A stretch of DNA of 64,000 nucleotides. It comes from Macrostomum lignano. Taxonomy: Eukaryota. The number at the start of each line of letters is the position of its first letter. The stretch's first letter is position 1. The notes beneath the pieces were generated by a model that did not search any database, had not been told where the DNA came from, and was given only the letters and a program-made list of their open reading frames with translations. Both the position numbers and the translations under genes were made by a program. Shown here in pieces: positions 54,270-64,000 of the stretch. The stretch is taken from positions 1-64,000 of the forward strand of contig NIVC01001969.1 in the NCBI GenBank assembly GCA_002269645.1. Reading direction: 5' to 3'.

Positions 54270-54902
54270 TCATTGGAAATGTCCTCGCATGGCAATGGCG
54301 CGGCCGTGATTGGCTGGCCAGGTGCCGTGGGGCAGGCCACCATTTGCGGCGGCCGAGTTGGCAGTCGGCGGGGCCAAGTCTGGTGGAGTGCTGGTTGAGG
54401 CCAAGGTCAGTGGGGCTGGGCGCAACAGCCAGCCTACAAGCTGAACTTGGCCATCGACATACTGCAGACGCTCAGGGCATTTGGCCATGGCCATGTCCCA
54501 AAAGACACGAAGGCAAAGAATCCACCTGTTGGCAAGATGGCCCACCTCCCAATAGGCGATGGCGAGAAAAAAGGCCAGGGCTGGACGCTGGGTTCCTCCG
54601 CGCTGTAGTAAACAGATTTTGGCTTGGCGCAGTTGCTCATCAAGCAGGTTGTGGGTGTGCTCGGGCCGCATCAGCTTCAGTAGAAGGCGCCAGGGTGCAT
54701 CGCTGAATTCGCCCTCACCAGGACGCCAGTCTCCGGGCTTCATCTAGTTCTTCCTTTAGCTGCAGATGGATGGGGGCCACACTGGTCAATGTGGCAGATA
54801 GAGTCTGCAGCTCCTTGGTTTCGCCTCTGCGGAGCCAGGGTACTCGTACGGATGGGAGTTTGGGTGGCAGAGTCGGGTGGCTAGCTGCTCCCAAGTTGGC
54901 AT
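54270..54902 (-). pseudogene. Decayed additional ORF (~210 aa) between integrase and 3' LTR; function unknown
   Basis: ATG at 54902 (MPTWEQLATRLC..) is in frame with the 157-aa ORF at 54743-54270 across three stops (TGA, TAA, TAG). Confidence 0.5.
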
Positions 54903-55803
54903 TGTTGTACATGGCAATAATAGATATGCAGTTGACAGTTGGCAGTGATGATGAATAAACAGTCAATAATAGGCAAATAGGGATTAATATTTATAATAAT
55001 ATTTATTAAATTAATATTTATTTATAATAATAGATATTTATAAACAGGGAACTTGCAATTTATAGCAAATGAAAATAGCTTAATTAGAAAATGTTGCACG
55101 GAGGCAGAGTCAAAGTTAACCAATTTAAGGCTCAAATAAAAATTAAATGCCTCCTTAAATATTTTTCAACAGGCCAGGTTTTGGCCAGCAGGGCCAGAAG
55201 CTGGGTAATAACAGATATACCACCCCCCGCCGCGCACTCCAATTGAGGTTACGCAGAGAGACTGGGGGGGGGGGGTAGGAGGAGGAGCCATAAAATTGGT
55301 AAACCACGAGATTAGGGTGTGGTGCCACCTTGTCTAAAAAATCTTAGGCTGGGCTTTGGATCGATGAAAATGAGAAGGCCCCAATTGGGCTCATAAGAAT
55401 GGGGGTCGTTTGTGAAACTATAGAATTGCAAACACAAGTTTTAGAATTACACAAATGGCGGCAAAAGAACAAAATCTAGGTGCCTAACCAAAATTTATAT
55501 AGAAATAGCAGAAAAACAGATAATAACTAGAAGGCATGCAGGTCTCCCTAAGGAGCTATACAAACAGAGGGGAGGAAAAGGGCACTGGGAAGATTTTTCC
55601 CAGGCTCGGCTCAATCTGAACAGAGAATGGGAGCTTTGATTCACCTCAGGTGCCCCCCCCCCACCGGGGACATGGCCTTGAACAAAGAGGGCCTGACCCG
55701 GGTGCGGAAAGACAGAGAGTTAAACCGACTGGTTGAAAATTACCTTTGGTTTTGAATATGGAGCTGAGAAGGCTTTACAAAGAAATTGGAAATTGATACG
55801 CGA

Positions 55804-56733
55804 TTATGTTACAGAGATGAGCAAAACTTTCAGCACTTGGGTGTGTGCGGAGAAATTACAGCTAAATTTCGCATAACACCAAGGATAATTACCTTGAATT
55901 TCAACCTCCATTCCAATGTCTGGCAGGTCCGGATCGTGTTCTTCTAGCACTTCGGGATGGCGCAAGCTCGGTTCAAAGAGTTGGCTGCCTCGCGGATCAG
56001 GCTGAGCTGCAGCCTGCGGTTCCGGCGCGGGCTGATCAGCAGAATCCGATTCGCTTTCCTCGCTGGACTTGTAGGGCAACATCGGCCGCTCAGTCTGTTG
56101 CGGCGGCTCCTGCGGTCGTTCAGCCATTGTTTGCAGCACTTTGATAATATTGTTCCGGTGTACAAGCACTTCAGCTGGGTGACCTCGTCGTGTGGTGGCA
56201 GGTCTGATCCAGTAAGCAACTTCGCCGACTTTCTTAACAACCTTATACATGCTCTTAAATGGCTGGTGGAACTTGGGCAGTTCTCCCAATTCGAGCTTCG
56301 GGTTGGCCAGGCAGACCAGATCTCCAGGCTGCAGTTCCACAGGCTTTGGCCGGTTCTCATAGTACTCTTCTCGACGTTGGATCTCTGCTCTCAGTCGCTG
56401 GCGCACAATACGCTCGGTCTCGGCCAGTCTGCGCTGATGCTTGGCAATGTACTCTGGAAGGTCAGCCGATACATCCAGGCGGTCTAGGGTGTTGTCGATG
56501 GGGTATCGATATGGCACTCCATAGACTACATAGTGCGGCGAGAATCCAGTAGTACAATTGATAGCGGATCTTAGTGCAGTCAAAGTGGCTGGCAGCATCT
56601 TGTCCCACTGTTGATGATCTTCTAGGAGACAGGCGAGCACCTTCTTAATATTCTTATTGCACGATTCTGCTTGTCCGTTTGCCCAGGGCGAGTATGGCGG
56701 CGTCGTTGTCTGCCTGATGCAGTGGACAGCGAA
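55804..56733 (-). pseudogene. Gypsy integrase, C-terminal part of the core plus the SH3-like (GPY/F-region) domain
   Basis: TTTPPYSPWANGQAESCNKNIKKVL..WDKMLP..RSAINCTTGFSPHYVVYG, then LQPGDLV..PKFHQPF..YKVV..AYWI..VH. The first two catalytic Asp residues and gag/PR/RT are missing. Confidence 0.9.
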
Positions 56734-56734
56734 T

Positions 56735-56835
56735 AATGGTCACGGGGTGGTTTAATAAGCATCAAAAATAATTTTAAATTTAAAAATTTAGAGAAAAAGT
56801 TTCCTTAACTGTTAGTGGCAGCCCCAACTGCCACA
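56735..56835 (-). repeat. Truncated 5' LTR (first ~100 bp)
   Basis: About 8 differences from 54120-54221; abuts the integrase sequence directly. Confidence 0.8.
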
Positions 56836-57456
56836 GTTGCATTTGCTATATGCCTATAACTATATTATATATAAGGCTACATTTAGAATATGTGCTAAGA
56901 AGACTTAGTTAAGTTAAGTAACAATGACAGCCAACAACAATGGTACATATAGTTTTGATCAAAAGAATAAAATGTGACAGTATCTGTTTGTTATAGCTCT
57001 AAACAAGTAAGTTTCACCTATATTTCAGTTTATAATCCCCCTATAATTTTCCATTTTAGTGATCATGGCTTGTTCAAAATAAACAAAAAATGGTAAATTA
57101 GACTTTTTTGTTTTACTAGAAAAACTAAATGGAATGGCTAACCTATAGTTTCTCCCATGGCATCTGGCAATGACAAAGATCCTATGAATCAATTATTTAC
57201 AAATTAAGGATTCATCAATAAATCATCATGTGTGTCTTAATTTAAATATCAGATTTTTTAATAACTATTTTGTTACAATAAATTGGCATTCAATGTAAAA
57301 TTAATAGATTAATAGATTAATATTTTTTTCAGGCTAAGGCATGCCCAAGCTATTGTCTGAGACTAAAAGTAAGCTAATTTTATTTAAATAGAAAATGAAC
57401 TGCTTTTTGGCTAAGCAGTGTTAAAAATTGTGGAAAAGCTGGATCTCAAAAACAAA

Positions 57457-57529
57457 ATGTCATTGGATTTCTACAATATCAGTGTTCGCTATGCACTGTC
57501 TTGCTGTGCTGCAGCAATTGCTGAAACAG
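57457..57529 (+). CDS. SLC25A27: Mitochondrial uncoupling protein 4, exon 1 (gene: 57457-57529, 57991-58161, 58833-59041, 59915-60173, 60477-60646, plus a missing last exon)
   Basis: MSLDFYNISVRYALSCCAAAIAET, donor CAG|GTTGGT, phase 1; joins in frame to ATYPLDLTKTRLQ. Confidence 0.8.
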
Positions 57530-57624
57530 GTTGGTGCATCTTTTTAACTGCTTCTTTTACTTGATTTTCCAATTTTTTTGCTGACATTTAGAAAGTTTAG
57601 TGTTTCATTCTCATTGATATTTGA

Positions 57625-57935
57625 TGGGGTAGTTCACTGAAATTAAATGGGGTAGTTACTGAAATTCAATGGGGTAGTTCACTGAAATTCAATGGGATAG
57701 TTCACTGAAATTCAGTAGGATAGTTCACTGAAATTCAATAGGGTAGTTCACTGAAATTCAATGGGATAGTTCACTGAAATTCAATAGGATAGTTAACTGA
57801 AATTCAATAGGATAGTTCACTGAAATTCAATGGGATAGTTCACTGAAATTCAATGGGATAGTTCACTGAAATTCAATGGGATAGTTCACTGAAATTCAAT
57901 GGAGTAGTTCACTGAAATTCAATGGGATAGTTCAC
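57625..57935 (+). repeat. 23-bp minisatellite (GGGATAGTTCACTGAAATTCAAT)n in UCP4 intron 1
   Basis: About 13 units. Confidence 0.95.
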
Positions 57936-57990
57936 TACAAACCCAAGCCTAGTAAGTATCCATCCGCACTCTACTCAATCTGCCCATCAG

Positions 57991-58161
57991 CCACCTACCC
58001 GCTGGACCTGACGAAGACTCGGCTGCAGATCACCAATGAGCAACTGCTAGCAGGCAGTGGCTCCGGCAAGACTACGGGAGCGTCTCCATTGATGGCCTCG
58101 TCTGCTGGTCAGAAGCGGGTTGGCATGCTGCGTACAGCATATAATATTGCCACAGAGGAGG
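57991..58161 (+). CDS. SLC25A27: UCP4 exon 2
   Basis: Acceptor CATCAG, carrier signature PLDLTKTRLQ, donor G|GTGAGT. Confidence 0.92.
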
Positions 58162-58249
58162 GTGAGTCTCAGAGATATGATGTGTCATAAATTTTACGTC
58201 TCTTAACAGTATTTTATTTATTTATTTATGATGTGTGACTGACTGAAAC

Positions 58250-58810
58250 TTCTATATGAATATCATATCATGATTTATGAATATCGTGATTTATGAGTAT
58301 CAAAATTTATGACTATCATGATTTATGACTATCATGATTTATGACCATCATGATTTATGAATGTCGTGATTTATGAATGTCGTGATTTATGAATGTCGTG
58401 ATTTATGAATGTCTCGATTTATGAATATCATGATTTATGACTCATGATTTATGAATATCATGATTTATGACTATTATGATTTGTGGGTGTCATGGCTTAT
58501 GATTATCATGATTTATGAATGTCGCGATTTATGAATGTCGTGATTTATGAATGTCGTGATTTATGAATATCATGATTTATGACTCATGATTTATGACTAT
58601 CGTGATTTATAAATATAATGATTTTTGAGTATCATGATTTATTAATATCGTGATTTATGAATATCATGATTTATTAATATCGTGATTTATGAATATCATG
58701 ATTTATGACTATTATGATTTGTGGGTGTCATGGCTTATGATTATCATGATTTATGATTATCATGATTTATGACTATCATGATTTATGAGTATCATGATTT
58801 ATGAAAATCA
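58250..58810 (+). repeat. 15/16-bp AT-rich minisatellite (TCATGATTTATGAATA)n in UCP4 intron 2
   Basis: Direct reading. Confidence 0.95.
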
Positions 58811-58832
58811 TGCTCGCCCATCGCCCCCACAG

Positions 58833-59041
58833 GTCCCACCCAGCTGTTTCGCGGCTTGTGCCCGGCAGTGGCCCGTCACTTTGTGTACACCGGCTGTCGC
58901 ACAGCGTTCTACGAGGCCACCAGGGAGAACGTGCTGGGCCGGGATCGGGACGGTCGCTACGCGGCTTGGAAATCCGCGGTTGGTGGCCTCGCTGCGGGCG
59001 GCCTGGCGCAGTTCTTTGCCTCGCCTGCGGATTTGGTCAAA
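58833..59041 (+). CDS. SLC25A27: UCP4 exon 3
   Basis: GPTQLFRGLCPAVARHFVYTGCR..AQFFASPADLVK, phase 1 to 0. Confidence 0.93.
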
Positions 59042-59224
59042 GTTAGTGAGGGGGTGACGCTTTGTTTTGGCAGATCACTAGTGAGAAAATAACTCAGAAA
59101 CCGGTCCTGGAGTCATGTTACAAATTCGTATCGCACTTTTAGACACATCATGTAGAAGTTCAAATCAGTTTCCTAATCAGGAGCTGAATCTGGGCCGCCT
59201 GGATAAGAGCCTGGAATCAATTAA

Positions 59225-59790
59225 ACAAAGAATCAAACAAAAAAAAACATCAAAGAATCAATCCAACAAGCAAACAAGCAATCAATCAAACAATCAATCA
59301 ATCAAACAAATAAACAACCGATGAAATAAACAAACAAAAAAATAAACAAACCATCAAACAAACAATCAATCAAACAAATAAATAAATAAACAATCAGTCG
59401 ATCATCAATTAATTAATCAAACAAACAATCAATCAATCAAGAAATCATTTAATCAAACAATCAATCAACCAAACAAACAATAAACAAACCATAAAACAAA
59501 CAAACAATCAAACAAACAAATGAACAAACAAACCATAAAACAAACAAACAATCAAACAAACAAATGAACAAACAAACCATAAAACAAACAAACAATCAAA
59601 CAAACAAATAAACAAACAAACCATCAAACAATCAAACAAACTAACAATCAAACAATCAATCAAACAAACAAACCACCAAACAGTCAATCAAACGATCAAT
59701 CAAACAATCGATCAAAAGAAACAAACAAACAAACAAACCATCAAACAATTGAACAATCAGGCAATCAGGTAATGAAGCAATTAATCAATT
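59225..59790 (+). repeat. Degenerate (CAAA/CAAT)n microsatellite in UCP4 intron 3
   Basis: Direct reading. Confidence 0.93.
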
Positions 59791-59914
59791 AATCCATTAA
59801 GTAAATATTCAATCAACGTATATTAGTACTTTCCTATCAACCAAGCAATAAATCAATCCACCTATCGCACACAGATGAATGTTCACGAATCCCCCAATCC
59901 CTTTATAAACGCAG

Positions 59915-60173
59915 GTTGCCATGCAGACTGAGGGCCGCAGGCGGTTGCTAGGCCAGCCGGCTCGCTACCACAGCGGCCGGGACGCTCTCAGGCAGCTGGT
60001 ACGCAGCGGCGGCCTGCTTGGCCTGTGGAAGGGCTGGCTGCCAAACGTGCAGCGCGCCTGCCTGGTGAACATGGCCGACATGATGGCCTACGACCAGAGC
60101 AAGAGGGCCCTCCTGCGACACACTGGAATGCCCGACTCCATGCTGCTGCACGCCTGCGCTTCTGTCTGCTCAG
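59915..60173 (+). CDS. SLC25A27: UCP4 exon 4
   Basis: VAMQTEGRRRLLGQPARY..GLWKGWLPNVQRACLVNMADMMAYD, matching the UCP4-specific motifs MQMEGKRKL and RAALVNMGD. Confidence 0.94.
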
Positions 60174-60476
60174 GTGAGCACAATTCTTAATCTCTGGTGA
60201 TGAGGAGAGCAGAGCAGCTCAGCGGTAGTCCGTCACGACCCCTGGTTTGATTCTGTGCAAAAACACTCATTCGACAGTTAGCTTGAAGTACTACTTAGAT
60301 GACGAAGCATTTAGCCTAGGCATTTAGTAATAGTTACTCCTGCCGTTTACCCATAAACATAGGTAAAAACACGCTTTTACTACCGAGGGGCTCTGCAACC
60401 AACTATAAATACCAAGCAATATTCTCATTTTCCCTGCTATATTTTTACTATCCTACAATTTCATCCCCGCAAATAG

Positions 60477-60646
60477 GTCTCCTGGCCGCTATCTTGGGCA
60501 CCCCGGCCGATCTGGTGAAGACTCGCGTCATGAATGACTCATCCGGTCACCTGTACCGGGGCAGTCTGGACTGCTTGGTGCAGACTGTCAAACACGAGGG
60601 ATTCTTCGCTCTGTACAAGGGCTTCGTGCCAATCTGGATGCGAATG
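60477..60646 (+). CDS. SLC25A27: UCP4 exon 5
   Basis: GTPADLVKTRVMN..YRGSLDCL..EGFFALYKGFVPIWMRM, donor ATG|GTGAGA; 294 codons in total so far. Confidence 0.93.
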
Positions 60647-60920
60647 GTGAGAGTTTACGCTTATTTAATTTGCTTCAATCTTTGATCATGTGGTTCCTTA
60701 ATCCTAGTATTTGAAATTACAAAATAAAAGCGCACGTTCAGAGCTATTCTCAACTGGTCCCACGCCTATTATTTATCTAGCCCTTACGAAAAACCGCAAT
60801 CTAACATTTCCCTGGGCCTGAACTAAAACTACTTACAGTAGCATAATTCAGGGCTGTTCTAACTTTCTAACCTTATAACAGAAAGTCCCTAGCTAACATT
60901 TCCCTGAACTAAAACTATTT

Positions 60921-61620
60921 GTTGTTGTTAAACGGGGGTGGGAAGCTTAGCTACCCGCGGATCAGCCCAAGGGAGGGCTCTGCCGCGAGGGGCACTACCA
61001 GGTGCCAAGACATTAGCTGTTCAGGGCCCGAGATACTCCGAGAGACAAGGGAATTGGACCCGGCTCAAAGCGCGGGTGGGCGAAATTGACCCAAGCCTAC
61101 GGTACAAGACACCGCCAAACCAACAGTGGAATCAGGGACGGTGCTAGGACCGAGTCCACCCAGGCCACCCCCCCCCCCCAGCTAGCGAGTCTTTGGGAGT
61201 GCGCAGAAAAATTGGAAAGCGAAATGCTTAGAATACTACTAAGAAAGCGGTCCGCGTGAGGAGTTACTCCTAAACCTGCAGAAATGGCTTAAACTATTGG
61301 AGCGAGTCTGGGCAGCTAGTTACCAAGAGCGATCCTATACAAGGTTCAGGGTCCCTGAAGGTCTCGAGCCTCAAGGCTTTTCACTACCCAGCTCTATTTT
61401 GGAGTGAGTCTGGAAGGCTTGTATCCGAGGGGGAGACTCTAGGCGGACATAGCAACACCTCTATTGCTACCAACCCAAGGGCATCGCCTATCCAGCTCAT
61501 TATTGGGGGCCAGGCCAAGGGGTCAGGAGAGAGGCACCCAGGGCAAGAGGACTCCGGACTCAGCCGGTAGTCCCCGGTACGAGACGAACATCCTTCCCAG
61601 GTTGATTCCCAGGACAGTTA
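60921..61620 (-). mobile_element. ~700-bp GC-rich insertion with a (CAA)n 3' tail: SINE-like or 5'-truncated non-LTR retroelement
   Basis: Splits the second copy of a ~92-bp tandem duplication (60801-60892, then 60893-60920 resuming at 61621); the minus strand ends ..CCCCCGTTTAACAACAACAA. Confidence 0.55.
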
Positions 61621-62859
61621 ACAGTAGCATAATTCAGGACTGTCCTAACTATCTCTCTACCTATAAAAGTCAAAACTCTGTCTGTGTGTGGACAATTTTG
61701 ATCGCTATGGACTCCCAAACCGCTCAACCAAATTACACCTAACTTTACACCCACCCTAAACTTACTACGGAGAATGTCTTAGGCTACCTTAAAATTTCCT
61801 AAATTTGAGTCTTCCCACCTAAAAGTGCAAAAAACTGCTCAAAATGCGCGATTTTTTCACTAAATCCTCCATAGCGCCGCTCCACTTCTACCGATTCTCT
61901 TCAAATTTGACACAGGCAATTTTAAACTATTTTGACACAATCGTGTAAAATTTCAAATCTCAAAGTTAATCCTGAAAGCCGCTGTGCACTTTTAAAGTTA
62001 GGCTGTTTTTTTCAGCGTAGCAACCACCCCAACCTCCGCCCGCCTGCCTCTCTTTCCCGATCTGGGCCCAGATGTGTAAAAGGGGTTTCAAAATTGACTA
62101 ACTTTCAGCTGCCATAAGTTTGCTCCACGTAAAGCGATTGACTTCAAACTTGACACAATTCTTTATTGACCCATTCTCTGTCTAAATGTAAAGTTTCAAC
62201 TCTGTAGCTCAACCGAAAAAGAAACTGTAAGCATGTGAAGTTTGTCTGCTTTTTCTGTTGTTTGTGCCACTCACTCACTCATTCCCCCAGAGCCAGACGA
62301 AGGGTCAGGCGATAGGACTGAATGTACATAGCGAATGTACAGTGTTTTGGAATAACTTTTTAATAGCCTTCTCTGTACCCCCGCGAGTGGAGAGGCGTGG
62401 AGAGGAGAGAGTTTAGATTCAATTTTAAACCACTTTCCTTTCCTCTGAATAGACAAGTCTGCAGCAGTTAAACAAGGATGGCAAATCAAGGCGATGTGGG
62501 ATGGTTTATAAAAATATCGAAAAATTAATGAATAACTTATTACAATGCAATCCTACTAAATTAGTTACACCATAAAAATTTTAACATTAAGATTCGCATA
62601 AGGTACTTTAAAATTTAAATGGCCTCCTAAGAAATGCGTATTTCCATGGTTGTTAGACTGCTGCAGACTGTGGTGGTGGAGCTGGAGATATACAAAATTC
62701 TCTCAGCGCTGCTAATTGACCAGAAAGATGACGTGATTAAAGCATGGGAAATGATAACAACCATGATAGTACTACGTCCCACAAACTGGCTTTCGAAGCA
62801 GGGATCGGCAGATTTTTATCTCAAAGGCCAGATAAAGAATCCAGCTCATGGCTACGGGC

Positions 62860-64000
62860 CAGATGAGAGTGAAAAGGAAAAGGAATAGACTATTAGAAAG
62901 GGAGAAGGGCGAGAGGGGATAAAAGAAAAGATAGAAGATAACAGGAGAGACGTACGAGGAGGTTGAGGAGAGAGCAGAGAATATGGGACGAAGAAGCGAG
63001 AGGAGGGGAGAGAGAAGGGAGAGGAAATAGTAGAGGTGAGAAGATGGAGAGAGAAGAGGGGAGAGATGAGACAGAGGATCGATGAGAGAGGAGAGTAGAG
63101 AAGAGTGAGATGAGAGAACAAAGAGGAGATGAGAGTATCGAGAGGGGGGATTAGAAAGGATAGAGGAGAGGAGATAAGAGGGGGAGAGACGAGTGAGAAG
63201 AGAGAAGATAGAGATGAGAGAGAGAGAGTTGAGAAAGAAGAGAGGACAAAGGAGAGATGATAGAGTAAAGGGAAGAGGAGAAGAGAGGAAAGAGATGAGA
63301 TTGTAGAGATGAGTGAGATGAAAGGAAATATGAGAGAGTAGAGTAGAGATGAGAGATGAAGGAAGAGAGAGCAGAGTGCGGAGAGACGAGAAAAGAGAAT
63401 AGAGGGGAGAGAGTATAAAAGAGGGAAGAGAAGAGAGGAGTAAGGAAAGAGAGGAGTCAGAAGAGGGGAAAGAGAATAGTACACAGTAGAGAGGAGAGTA
63501 GAGATGACAGAAGAGAGAGGGGAATGAGAGAGCAAAGATGAGAGTGAACAGACGATATAAGAGAGGAGAGAGGAGAGTGAGAGAGAAGAGAGAAGACAAG
63601 AGAGGGAGAGAGTATAGAAGAGAGAAGAGAAGAGACGAGAAGAAAGAAGAAAGGATCGAGTCCTCCTGAGTCAAAAAGGGGAAAGAGAGGAGTACAAGGG
63701 GAGAGAGGTGAGAGAACATATGAGAGTAAAGATGACAGATAAGAGAGGGGAGATGAGAGAGCAGAAACGAGAGTGAACAGACGAGAGATGGGAGAGTAGA
63801 GAGAAAAGAGGAGAGATAAGAAATAAGGGATGAGAGGTGTAGACAAGGGAGAGATGAGAAGTGAGTGAGGAGAGAGGAGGGGAAGGGAGAGAATCGAGAG
63901 GACAGGGGAAATTGGTGAAAAGGACCAGAGAGGAGAGGAAAGAGGGGAGAGAAGAGAGAGAAGAGAGATAGGATAGGAGAGAGCAGAGAGATGAGAGGAG
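62860..64000 (+). repeat. Degenerate GA-rich low-complexity tract
   Basis: Direct reading; continues past the window end. Confidence 0.93.

Larger units (their letters stand above)
53214..56835 (-). mobile_element. Internally deleted Ty3/Gypsy LTR retrotransposon
   Basis: Termini TGTGG..CCTCA (imperfectly inverted), GTTG duplicated at 53210-53213 and 56836-56839, ~100-bp direct repeat at 54120-54221 and 56735-56835, and an integrase remnant. Confidence 0.85.

Noticed and set aside
56816-56833. TGGCAGTTGGGG (minus strand) as a primer-binding site
   Set aside because: It is present in both LTR copies at their starts, so it is LTR sequence; the true PBS was removed by the deletion.
62634-62720. 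Possible last UCP4 exon (FPWLLDCCRLWWW..)
   Set aside because: No suitable phase-0 acceptor and no match to the conserved helix 6 pattern beyond PW.

Overview
Animal genomic DNA, not prokaryotic. GC-rich poly-Q genes set among dense minisatellites resemble a free-living flatworm such as Macrostomum, but that assignment is inference only. Three host genes are well supported: an intronless class III POU homeobox gene (24362-26062, +), an intronless ZMIZ/tonalli-type SP-RING gene (44349-45914, -) and a spliced UCP4/SLC25A27 mitochondrial carrier (five exons, 57457-60646, +; last exon not found in the window). An internally deleted Ty3/Gypsy element with a 4-bp TSD and a decayed extra ORF lies at 53214-56835. 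About one third of the window (~21 kb by my rough sum) is tandem repeat from more than 20 unrelated units, concentrated in 1-43 kb, whereas ~46-57.5 kb is satellite-free, AT-rich and CpG-depleted. The most notable structures are a 754-bp palindrome (368/369 arm identity), two fold-back pairs of inverted satellite arrays around unique spacers (one spacer looks like an exon of an unannotated minus-strand gene), eight perfect octamer sites upstream of the POU gene, and three satellites sharing an E2F/YY1-like TGGCGCC core. I see no proven novel system; these are the best leads.
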